Positions 10,020-19,860 of a stretch of 23,234 bases of DNA are shown in pieces. Below the pieces are notes generated by a model that was not told the origin of the DNA, did not search any database, and was given only the letters and a program-made list of their open reading frames with translations. Source of the DNA: Ginkgo biloba (Eukaryota > Plantae > Ginkgophyta); the NCBI GenBank assembly GCA_024626585.2, contig JANKJI020000002.1, forward strand, positions 12,124,082 to 12,147,315. The letters are read 5' to 3'. The position numbers were made by a program, and so were the translations under genes. Position 1 is the stretch's first letter. Each line of letters opens with the position of its first letter.

Positions 10020-11541
10020 GACAAAATAATTTGAGTGTGTCACTCAACATTCATGTAGGAATGAATTTAATTTCTTCACAACAAGATTCTATAACTCTGA
10101 TTCACCAATCTAAGTATTCTCTTTTTCAAAAAACCCTCTCTATCTCACCAAATATTTATTGTAGTTTCCCTTCCTTGTAGTCATCACTTTATCATCAATC
10201 ACATGCTAAATTTCTTCCCTATTTTTCTTTAGATCCTAATATTCCCACTTAGGGACTTTCTCAGTTTTAGTTGTAACTTTATATCCTCAATGAAATTCAT
10301 ACAAATCTAAGACTTTGAATATAAATGATATTTTCAAATCATCAAGAAAGTCAACATGGTAAGCATTATAATTCACCTTCTTTAATATCCTTTATGGATT
10401 GATATTATTTATCTTTATCTTATTGTAAGTACCCTTGGGAAATAAAATCTTGCAAAGGTAGACCATGATAAGGTTTCCAACCTCAAATTTTCTCTCTCCT
10501 TAAAGTATATACTTTCTTCTTATAGATAACATTAATTTCCTCTAAGTGTTGATTTACTTATTTATGGAAATCCTCCATCTCCTATGCAAAGATTTTAACA
10601 TCATCATAAACTCTTACCTTCAAAGGAAATATAATAAGCATGGTCATACCCCTTAAGTTCTTGTCATAAATAAACTTGAAAGGATACAATCAAATACTTT
10701 GATTAATGGAATTATTAAATGAAAACTCAACTTAAGATAAAATTAGATCCCATTACTTTGGCTTATCACCAACTAAACTTCTTAATAAATTAGCTAATAA
10801 CATATTTTCCACCTTTACTTAGCCATCAATTTAGGGATGGAATTCCATGATAAATTGCAACTTCATTTCTAATTTCTTCCACAATGTCTTCCAAAAATGG
10901 CTTAAGAACTTTGAGTCTCTATTATAAGTGATTGATAATGGCAACCCATGTATCTTGACAACATCCTTGAAAAATATATCTACTACATGACTAGCATTAT
11001 TAGTTTTGATATAAGGAATAAAATGTGTTATTTTGGATAACTTATCCATAATCACAGAAATTCTTTTATGACCTCTTTAGGTTCTTGGAAACTCCAACAA
11101 AAATTCCATAGTTATATCTATCCATGGTTCTTAATAAATGGGTAAAGGAGTATTCAAAACGATTTTTTGTGCCCTTCCTTTTGCCAATTGACATCTTATA
11201 ATTTTCAACAAATTTTATGTTTTCATTATTCATGCTCAACTAGAAATATCTTTCCTCCATAAGACTCATGGTATTATTTGTTAAAGTGTCCACCAAGGAT
11301 TCTACAATGAAGTTCCCTTATGATATTTTCCCTCATCAAGTTATTGGGGATGCATAAATATTTGTTCCTAAATAAATACCCATTCTATAAGAAATAATGA
11401 AGGTATGGGCTCCCCTCCATCAATGTGGGATTCTTATAAACTTACATAATTTCTCCAAAATATTTAGCATTTTCATACAAGTCTCGTAAAGCACCAAAAC
11501 CAATAACTTATTTTTCTATTATGCTTAGAATAAATAATATC
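10020..11541 (-). mobile_element. Ty3/gypsy CRM-like chromovirus integrase (HHCC, core, GPY/F) plus chromodomain, pseudogenised
   Basis: GYLFRNKYLCIP..RENIIRELH..LGGHF; CQLAKG; EPWIDITMEF; track ORF IMDKLSKITHFIPYIKTNNASHVVDIFFKDVVKIHGLPLSITYNRDSKFLSHFWKTLWKKL; FEVGNLIMVYLCKILFPKGTYNK...NAYHVD; chromodomain EEI*HVIDDKVMTTRKGNYNKYLVR*RGFFEKENT*IGESEL (~10085-10220). Confidence 0.93.
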
Positions 11542-11585
11542 NNNNNNNNNNNNNNNNNNNNNNNNNNNNNNNNNNNNNNNNNNNN

Positions 11586-11816
11586 TTTAAAATAAAAGTG
11601 TAACTTTGAGGAAATTCAACCTATTTTGCATGCATTATATTCAACCTAGGTTAGTTTTGAATAAACTTCAAATCTTGGAAGTCAATATAGAGTATGAATT
11701 CTTTAGGAATCAAATAATACCTCCATTTATTAAGTTCCTACACAATAACATAGAATTTTTTAAGAAAACTTCCGTTTGGAATCATTTATATTTTCACTAA
11801 AGAATGTTATTGGTCT
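11586..11816 (-). mobile_element. Ty3/gypsy RNase H domain of the same CRM-like element, decayed
   Basis: RPITFFSENINDSKRKFS / FYVIV*ELNKWRYYLIPKEFILYIDFQDLKFIQN*PRLNIMHAK*VEFPQSYTFILK matches RPVAFFSEKLNDAKRKYS..EFYAIV.AL..WRHYL..KEFVLYTDH.ALKF...KLN.RHAKWVEFLQSY.F. Confidence 0.9.
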
Positions 11817-11916
11817 NNNNNNNNNNNNNNNNNNNNNNNNNNNNNNNNNNNNNNNNNNNNNNNNNNNNNNNNNNNNNNNNNNNNNNNNNNNNNNNNNNNN
11901 NNNNNNNNNNNNNNNN

Positions 11917-12127
11917 CCCGCTACCATGTCTTACTCTTTGATTGACCAATTTAGTAAAATATCTCCCACGTCTTCTCTTCCATTATGGAAAAATCATCCT
12001 ACCCCCAAATTTTTCCCTTGTGCCTACTATATGTATTACTTACCTATATTGATATGAAGGTTAAGTCCCATCAAATAGAGTTGCCAAGATTTAAAGGGGA
12101 AGGAGGCATGATGGTATCAATCTATTA
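11917..12127 (+). mobile_element. Gag-like fragment of a plus-strand LTR element
   Basis: HQIELPRFKGEGG at ~12068-12107 resembles the Ty3/gypsy gag motif (I/L)xLPKFxG. Gaps on both sides. Confidence 0.4.
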
Positions 12128-12171
12128 NNNNNNNNNNNNNNNNNNNNNNNNNNNNNNNNNNNNNNNNNNNN

Positions 12172-14029
12172 GAGGATGAAGTGTCTAAGCAATGGAGTAG
12201 AGAAAGTGATTTAAAATGAACTAGAAGTAGAGCGATAAGAAAGAATGCAGTGCATCATAGCAAAAGGAAGAGTTGATTGAATAAATAGACACAAATTTAT
12301 CTATAGTAGAGGAGGAGTATGGGACCACACATGTTGAAGAAGAAGAGAAACCCTCAACATTAACTATGGTTCTACAATAAATTAATATTTTCACAAAATG
12401 GGATTTGAGAGTATTAATGAACAAAAATATAACTTTGGAGGAATTGTTAAAATGTAGCCATATACACAAATTTGGTTATCAATCTTTCTTCTATAATGTT
12501 TCATAGATTAGTGAATTTGTATAAAACTACACAAAAGGAATAACAATATTAAAATGAAAAGAAATCATGGTGAACTCTCAGAAGAAGTTTATGCCCTAGA
12601 TGTAAGGAAAGTATGAGGTAAGGAGTGAGTTAAAGAAAAAGAGTTTGACAGACTATTATAGGAGTTTATTGATAATCACACTTTAAAAACATTCAAAGTG
12701 AGTAAGGGAATACTAATTAAGGTACTTAATTCACCTTAGAATGAGGTGGAAATAGTCATTACAAATAATCTACTTATGAATAATCATCCATCCTATTTAT
12801 TCACCCCCCCACTTTAGGTATATGATAGCATGAAAAAAAGGGGAAGAGTTGGATGTGGAATAATTTCTATATGACTTGTTGGATTTAAATTTGACTTGGT
12901 GGAAGTAGGGAAAGGAGAAAGAGGTTAGAAACCCAAGTGTCATTCAAATTATTATCAAATCCTATGAAAAAAAAATTATATTTCTAGGAAAAAGAAAATC
13001 TCCATCTACATATCCAAGAAAATCTCCACCTGTACCTTAAGAAAGGACTCTACCCATATCCTAGGAGAAGATGACCTAATTTTCATCTCTAATGAAGGTG
13101 ATCCCTATAGACACATCAACAACATATTAATATTCACCTTCATAGAGAGTGAAGTTGAAATCAATTTAACAGAAGAAGATTATTCTTCAGGAGTAGAGAA
13201 TTGCAAGAGAATTAGAATCACAGAAGTCTTTTCTTGCACTTAGTATGTAGGTGAATTTAGAAATAACTTATTAGAAGAAGATTCAATCACCTATAGAGGT
13301 GGAAATAATTTTATTTTTATAAGGTGAAGGAGAAGAGGAAAAAGGAGAGGGGCAAGAAGTCTCACCCACATCTAAGTTTCTAGTAANNNNNNNNNNNNNN
13401 NNNNNNNNAGACTGGACAGGCAATGGAATAGGGGAAGGAGGAAGCTTCATGTTCACTTGAACCCTATGTGAAAGTAGAGAAGGATAAATAAAATAATGAT
13501 ATATGCCATAAACATCCACATTCACCTACACCATCTTTACAAATAGAGAAAAATAAATAATGAGGATATATCCCTTAAGTAGTCACCACAATTGATGATG
13601 GAACTGCCAAGTTATTAATGGAGACAAGTGCATAGATGCATTGGCCAATAAATCACCTCTTTTCTAANNNNNNNNNNNNNNNNNNNNNNNNNNNNNNNNN
13701 NNNNNNNNNNNNNNNNNNNNNNNNNNNNNNNNNNNNNNNNNNNNNNNNNNNNNNNNNNNNNNNNNNNATGAAGAAGCATCCATTGTACTTATTCACCCTC
13801 AATTTTAGATTTGTGACTGCATGGAAAAAAGGGGAAGAGTTGGTTGTGGCACAATTTTTTTATGATTCGTTAGAATTAAACTTGACCTAGTGGAAGTAGG
13901 GAAAGGAGAAGGAAATTAAGCACCCACGTGTCATTCAAATGATTATCAAATTTTTTGCAAAACTCTTTATATTTTTAGGATAGAAGAGTGGAGATCAAGG
14001 CAAATTGATTTATTTCAAAGGAATAAATT
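12172..14029 (+). pseudogene. Decayed Glu-rich ORF region with two copies of the HP-YL-TP-WKKGE domain, ending at a PPT-like tract
   Basis: Copy at 12674-12960: NHTLK...LMNNHPSYLFTP/HFRYMIA*KKGEELDVE*FLYDLLDLNLTWWK*GKEKEVRNPSVIQIIIK. Copy at 13768-13950: MKKHPLYLFTLNFRFVTAWKKGEELVVAQFFYDSLELNLT*WK*GKEKEIKHPRVIQMIIK. No protease, RT, RH or integrase motifs seen. Two internal gaps. Confidence 0.6.
12992..13062 (+). repeat. Three degenerate ~23-24 bp tandem units
   Basis: AAGAAAATCTCCATCTACATATCC / AAGAAAATCTCCACCTGTACCTT / AAGAAAGGACTCTACCCATATCCT. Confidence 0.6.
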
Positions 14030-14419
14030 TGTTATGAGATTTTCATTAAGAGGTAATAGCTTGCATGGTGATAGATTAGTGGATTAGCATGCAAATCATT
14101 TAGGGACCACAGGAGTATGGCAAGTCTATCAAACTAAACTAAATTTGGTGATTAAAATGTGGGGCAACCAAAAAGTCTAATTAGAGACAAGTTCCCTTGT
14201 AGATACCTAGGATAAGCTTAAGGAATTTAAATATTATTGGGTATTATAGAGGTAGGATACATATAACCTACAAACATATCAACTAGATTTATCCTAGTGT
14301 GAATAATTAATCAAACATATTCATTTTGTTGGGACTCAATGGATCAAGAATTATTATTTACTCAATCCATTACTCATTCATTTTCTACTCAGATGGAGGT
14401 TAGTGCCTTAAGCATTATA
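14030..14419 (+). mobile_element. Complete ~390 bp LTR
   Basis: Begins TGTTATG and ends CATTATA (imperfect terminal inverted repeat, terminal CA read as TA). Preceded by TTTCAAAGGAATAAATT (degenerate PPT) and followed 2 nt later by a PBS-like motif. Confidence 0.6.
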
Positions 14420-14421
14420 GG

Positions 14422-14435
14422 TGGCATCGAGAGCC
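14422..14435 (+). other. Primer binding site, tRNA-iMet type, degenerate
   Basis: TGGCATCGAGAGCC versus canonical TGGTATCAGAGCC (one substitution, one insertion). Confidence 0.6.
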
Positions 14436-14457
14436 TCCTCAAATTTTGGGCTTCCCA

Positions 14458-14836
14458 ATGGATGAGCCTTATGAATTAAGAGATTTATATATCATGATCA
14501 ATAGAAGTTATACTAAGATGGACAAGTAGGATGAGGATAAGCATCAAGAAAGGAATTTCACATGGTAATAGATGAAGGATCAGTGAATGAGTATTAGTTT
14601 TTAGAAGATACCTATAAGAGGAATACAGGAAGAATTTGTTGAATAAATTAGAGATAATATGGATTATATTTATTGAGAAGTAATGGGATAGAAAGCCTCA
14701 TAGTCAGTAGATCCTTCTACTCAAATGGGTGTGGTAGGTGAATCTATCCTAGAAATTCCTTTTGAAGAATCAGAGGTCCTCAAAGCTAGTTCACAAGAGG
14801 AGTTATAAATTCAGTAAGGAAGGAAATGATGATGGA
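14458..14836 (+). pseudogene. 5' start of a decayed gag-position ORF
   Basis: ATG ~22 nt after the PBS. Frame MDEPYELRDLYIMINRSYTKMDK*... continues with only TAA/TAG/TGA point stops to near the gap. Confidence 0.4.
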
Positions 14837-14936
14837 NNNNNNNNNNNNNNNNNNNNNNNNNNNNNNNNNNNNNNNNNNNNNNNNNNNNNNNNNNNNNNNN
14901 NNNNNNNNNNNNNNNNNNNNNNNNNNNNNNNNNNNN

Positions 14937-15167
14937 TTTTTCCACCCACACATCCTTCGTAAGTTCCTCTTCTATTTTCTTCCCTTTATTAGAATATTTC
15001 CTAAGCATTGATTTCAGTTGGTTCAATAGTTTCTCCTCTTGTCTTTACTTTCACTTCTTATTCTCTAACTTGTCCAGTCTTTGATTTTCTTCTTCCAAGT
15101 ATTCTAGCCTTCTCCTTAGAGCTTCAAACTCCCTATTTTCTATTGTAATTTGTCCTCTTCTTAACAT
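14937..15167 (-). mobile_element. Gag N-terminus (coiled-coil) of a minus-strand CRM-like element
   Basis: MLRRGQITIENREFEALRRRLEYLEEENQRLDKLENKK*K*RQEEKLLNQLKSMLRK..., starting ~130 nt after the PBS. Confidence 0.6.
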
Positions 15168-15296
15168 CTTTTCTAAACTCTCTCTAGCTTAGATTACTTT
15201 ATTTAACTAAACTCTCATCTTTCACCCTTTTATTTTTCCCCAACTCAATCCTTAATCTCTACTCTAAGGTTTTCTTTCTTCCAATAGAGCATACCC

Positions 15297-15309
15297 TTCT
15301 ATGATACCA
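15297..15309 (-). other. Primer binding site, tRNA-iMet type
   Basis: Minus strand TGGTATCATAGAA, 2 nt after an LTR end ...GCATCA (plus TGATGC 15312-15317). Confidence 0.8.
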
Positions 15310-15311
15310 GA

Positions 15312-16139
15312 TGATGCAACTAGAAACCCCAAATGAAAGAAATAAAGAAAAGGAACACTTGTATATTATGCATAAAATACTTGTTTTCATATAATCCCAT
15401 AATAAACACCAATTATATCAAGTAATATAGACTCTCCAGTTTTAAATTCATCAAATAATTGCTACAACTATTGAGTGTAACATACACAAGAATAAATAAC
15501 CAATTCAGAAAAAATACCTACTTATAATTGGACTACATCCTCTTTTTGGAATCCTTTTTATTCACTTCCTAATCCAACAATATATTTCTCTTTGAGATCT
15601 AAATATCCCCAATAAAAATCAACTCCCAATTCTACATCATTTTTTAGATTTCTTACTTGCAAGACAAACTATCCTTTTGGATTCAACCAAAAATTCAAAA
15701 ATGAATCCTCTATTACAAACACCCTAACTTACTCCACACTGCATATTTTCCTATGATTCTTGAGCCAAAATTGTATCCCTTTATGTGATATACAACTTTT
15801 TCAAAGATACCTTAAGCTACTTCACAACCATTTCTTAAATATTCACACCATACGTAAAGGTATTAGTTTGTTGTCATTTTGGGTCCAATAAAAATCCAAA
15901 AAATAAATCCTCTATTACAAAGACCATAACTTCCTCCATACTGTATATTATTTTTTTATTCTTGATCCAAAACTATATATAGTTTTGTGATCTATGACTT
16001 TATAGAAGAAACCTTTGGCTAATTCAAAATGGTTTTCCATGTATTCTCATTGGAAGTTAGGGTACTAGTATGCCCATGTTCTAACTCCCCAACTAAATTG
16101 CCACTTACTCTTTTATTAACCTCTTATCTTAACCAACTA
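15312..16139 (-). mobile_element. 5' LTR (partial) of a CRM-like element
   Basis: Ends CATCA next to the PBS, the terminus typical of CRM elements. The outer boundary is not seen; the sequence runs into a gap at 16140. Confidence 0.55.
15675..16072. repeat. Two diverged ~202 bp tandem units
   Basis: AATCCTCTATTACAAA at 15704 and 15906. Colinear TAACTT.CTCCA.ACTG.ATATT, ATTCTTGA.CCAAAA and TGTGAT blocks follow in both units. Confidence 0.85.
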
Positions 16140-16644
16140 NNNNNNNNNNNNNNNNNNNNNNNNNNNNNNNNNNNNNNNNNNNNNNNNNNNNNNNNNNNNN
16201 NNNNNNNNNNNNNNNNNNNNNNNNNNNNNNNNNNNNNNNNNATCTAAGGGGCCAACTTTAATTTTAGAGAAATTGTAGACCCTCTTTATCAACGTTCGGT
16301 GTACCATACGCTTTTGGATGAATTGTTCTTTCATCCTCAACTCTAGTAGGAATTGTTTCAATGTCATTAGTGACTTAATCAATGGATCTACCACAAAAAA
16401 TGTATCTAAATAATCATGTAGTTACTTAGAGGTTATATATTAGCATATATACATACATACATACACACACACTAGTACAAACTCATAGAAAATAATTTCC
16501 ATAATAAGTTTCTCAAATTTAATCTATGAGGAATATATGCTTTCCTCCTACCAATAATTGAATGATTACTACATCAGTATATATATTAAATTTCTCTTTT
16601 AATTATATTCATGGAAACTAAGTTATTATAGTGTGAATAATGAC

Positions 16645-17009
16645 TATAACAAACCTAACCCTTGGTCTTATCTCTTTATTCATATATTTGTCTCCCTATT
16701 CTTCCTATATCTCTCTTCTAACACTTAGCTTTGTCTCTTATGTCCTCTTACATGCAAGTGTATCTAGGCCACTTGTCTCGCATGTGACCTATCTCTACTT
16801 ATGTTCTCTCTTTTATAATCTCTCTTGTAAACCCTTCAAGGTGCCTTGAATATTTACCTATTGTATATTGGGAGGTTTATACCCTCAAAGTGGATTGTAT
16901 TGGAGGTTCCACTCTCGAAGTGGATAGTTATTGAGATTATGCCATTGTGTTTAATCCATTCTTATGTTAATTGATCTTATTTATAGGATTGGATAAGAGG
17001 TTTGTTACA
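16645..17009 (+). mobile_element. Complete 365 bp 5' LTR with 12-bp terminal inverted repeat
   Basis: TATAACAAACCT (16645-16656) and AGGTTTGTTACA (16998-17009) are reverse complements at 11/12 positions (TG>TA). A PBS follows 2 nt later. Confidence 0.85.
16861..16924 (+). repeat. Two ~30-34 bp tandem units inside the LTR
   Basis: TTGTATATTGGGAGGTTTATACCCTCAAAGTGGA / TTGTATTGGAGGTTCCACTCTCGAAGTGGA. Confidence 0.75.
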
Positions 17010-17011
17010 AG

Positions 17012-17023
17012 TGGTATTAGAGC
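17012..17023 (+). other. Primer binding site, tRNA-iMet type
   Basis: TGGTATTAGAGC versus TGGTATCAGAGC (single C>T). Confidence 0.88.
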
Positions 17024-17548
17024 GGTCTCCTGCACATGCTTTTAGTGGAGAGCATCAAGATCCCNNNNNNNNNNNNNNNNNNNNNNNNNNNNNNNNNNNN
17101 NNNNNNNNNNNNNNNNAAGAGAAGCCACATGGCTCAAGTTTTAGACCCGAATTTGGAGTAGGGAAGCCATTTTCTAATTTTTTTTTTGTGGTATCTCTTT
17201 AAATTCATTTTACTACTATTGGGTTCTTATGTTCTGTTGAATACGTATTCTTACCAAGCCCACTTGAGTCTTTTCAGTTGTTGGGAATTTTTTTAAATCA
17301 GGTTCTGAAGTTTTTTTTAATCAAAAATTGGAGAAACNNNNNNNNNNNNNNNNNNNNNNNNNNNNNNNNNNNNNNNNNNNNNNNNNNNNNNNNNNNNNNN
17401 NNNNNNNNNNNNNNNNNNNNNNNNNNNNNNNNNNNNNAAGTTGTATGATTTGGGCCTATAACCCACGAGTCCTAGGTCCAAACTCTTGGACAAACTTGAA
17501 TATCAATTAATTTTTCTTTTCTCTCTTTTACCTACTAGCTTCTTTCAG

Positions 17549-17703
17549 TGGAAGGTGTTGAGATAGAAAAATCAGTTGAAGGCATTCAACTATTTACCCA
17601 TAATGAAATAGACGTTGGAAATATTGAGCAGGTTATGGATTATGTTGGATTACACTTGGATTTTTGGAGCAATCGATTCATATCTGACGAACATTTGGAA
17701 TCC
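17549..17703 (+). other. Exon-like open frame after a strong 3' splice site
   Basis: Polypyrimidine tract 17510-17546 ending TTTCAG (AG 17547-17548), then stop-free EGVEIEKSVEGIQLFTHNEIDVGNIEQVMDYVGLHLDFWSNRFISDEHLES up to a gap. Confidence 0.3.
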
Positions 17704-19712
17704 NNNNNNNNNNNNNNNNNNNNNNNNNNNNNNNNNNNNNNNNNNNNNNNNNNNNNNNNNNNNNNNNNNAAAGAAAATGCGATGATGAAAATAAATAGTA
17801 TATACATCAATGTCAATATTCTTCAAGCCATAACAGTTTGTAGATCGCTAAATGGAGGAATAAACTTCCTTGATAGTGAAGGGATTAAATTGAACAACAC
17901 TAAAATTTTCTCTTCATAGTGAAGGGATGATTGGTAATTTGGCATCTTTGACCACTCCTAATAGTTTGTTCCTATGGTCTAATTTCTTGTAATGCAATAT
18001 GGATTCTCTAAGTACTATAATTTTTTATTTTTGGTCAACGACATGTGGATTAAGATGGATTTGTCACATCCTCCATAGAATTCAATAGTACTGGTCAATT
18101 TTCTATGATCTTTACAATTATTTTTCTATCTAAGACCTTAATTATGCAAGTACTAAAGCAATTAAGATGGTATTTAGTAATATCTATGCCCGACAAGACC
18201 ATATGCAATAATTACCTATTGGAAAGATATTACTGTTTGGAATGCAAAGAGTACATCACCCCAAGTTATGTAATAAATCAATTGTGAATCTTATAATATA
18301 ATATCATTTGCTTAAAATTCATTTCCCAACAATAAGGGATTTAATAAGTATATAAGATCTCAGACTTTGTTGGTATTTAAGTCAACAAGGATTCATTGTA
18401 TGCAATGAAAGAAAATTTACTCTACATATACATTCATTGTGCATCCCTATACCTAGGTCTATTTTGACCCTTCAACCTTTCTCATTTACATCCTCTCACT
18501 CATATATGATGTCAATACAACCACATGTGCATTTGTTTTCATACATAATTTTCATTTGATTTTATTTTAGAAAAATTCCAAATTCAATATATGCAAGTAC
18601 TTCATCAATTTTTTAATTATTTTTAGTAGGTGGGGCTATTCATATATGTGTGTGCTCATTAAGGCTACCTCCCAATAACATAGTGAGTTTACATTTATAA
18701 TTTCTCGACAACATAACTCATTATGACCTTAGTACATAGTCTCTTAGACCTTATATGAATGAGTATATCAATTAGGATAATATCCATGGAGTGGCATGTC
18801 CCTCCCTAGATTTTGACATTTATTTTATAACAAAATATATATAATTATATCTATATAAAAGATATAGGGATTATTAACAAAGAAAGATAAAAAAATATTG
18901 TTAAACAAGATTAAAAAAACTTATTGCTATGATTAAAATTTGTATATGGCATTATTGCTAATACTCATTGAAGGTAGTTTACTATAGAAATTAATTTTTT
19001 ATTTGTCCAAAGGTTGTATAACCAAGCATAAATAATAATATTTTATTTAACATTGGGATTATATGGTTTTGATTGTGTATTAATTCTTTTTACCTTTTCG
19101 TACTAAAATGAATTGATGATTATTTTTATTCGTGTTGGTTCATATGACCTAATAGGACTAATAATGCCTTGTTATTATTTACTCAATTAAATAAAATTGG
19201 TTGAAATAATTTCATATATACCACTTGGTTTGAATAGTACATGCATTTTGAATGTTTCTTGTATTTTAAACATCAAGCCATTTCATGTTTTACTTAAAGG
19301 TTTGTACTTGAAATACAAATGAATACTACCATATGCAAAAAATATAAATATCTAAAAATCCATGAGAGACAAATGGCATATAGTATTTATTACTAGTCAG
19401 ATTCATATTAATTCATTATCTCCTCTTATGGGTGAAAAATTGAGATCTTTATATACAGTATTTTAAAAATGTTGTATATTATATAGATTTTATTTTCTAA
19501 AGGTAGTGCAAATTAATAACTTATTAGAGTCGTACATTTATATCTTCTCCCTAAAACTAATTTCTTTTATAATGAGTAGTCATGGGAACAATATATAACA
19601 TATTCTTGAAATNNNNNNNNNNNNNNNNNNNNNNNNNNNNNNNNNNNNNNNNNNNNNNNNNNNNNNNNNNNNNNNNNNNNNNNNNNNNNNNNNNNNNNNN
19701 NNNNNNNNNNNN

Positions 19713-19860
19713 CCCTCCTTAAAGTATTACCCCCAAGGTAATGGTTTAGTAGAATCAACCAACAAAATTCTTAACAAGATTATCAAGAGGATGGTGAAGG
19801 AAAATAAATGGTAATGGTATACTAACTTATTGTTGACTCTATGGAAATTTTGGAAGTAAT
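19713..19860 (+). mobile_element. Ty3/gypsy (Tat/Ogre-like) integrase core fragment
   Basis: SLKYYPQGNGLVESTNKILNKIIKRMVKENKW*WYTNLLLTLW matches SxxYYPQGNGLAESTNKxLxxIIKKxV....W...L..ALW. Not in the ORF track because of an internal stop. Confidence 0.85.

Noticed and set aside
12221-12469. Minus-strand ORFs 12221..12469 and 13283..13525, and plus ORFs 8369..8575 and 11606..11800
   Set aside because: These are antisense shadows of decayed coding frames on the opposite strand.
12785-12910. HP/WKKG domain as a chromodomain (YLVKWKG...TW)
   Set aside because: The spacing and the conserved HPxYLxTP head do not fit, and no integrase precedes it. The real chromodomain at ~10085-10220 looks quite different.
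16434-16472. TA/TACA/CA microsatellite, and the poly-T at 9443-9470
   Set aside because: Ordinary short simple repeats with no further significance.
17770-19612. Short frames and AT-rich sequence, including track ORF 18105..18287 with a CxxC
   Set aside because: No recognisable domain, terminus or repeat structure, so it is left unannotated.
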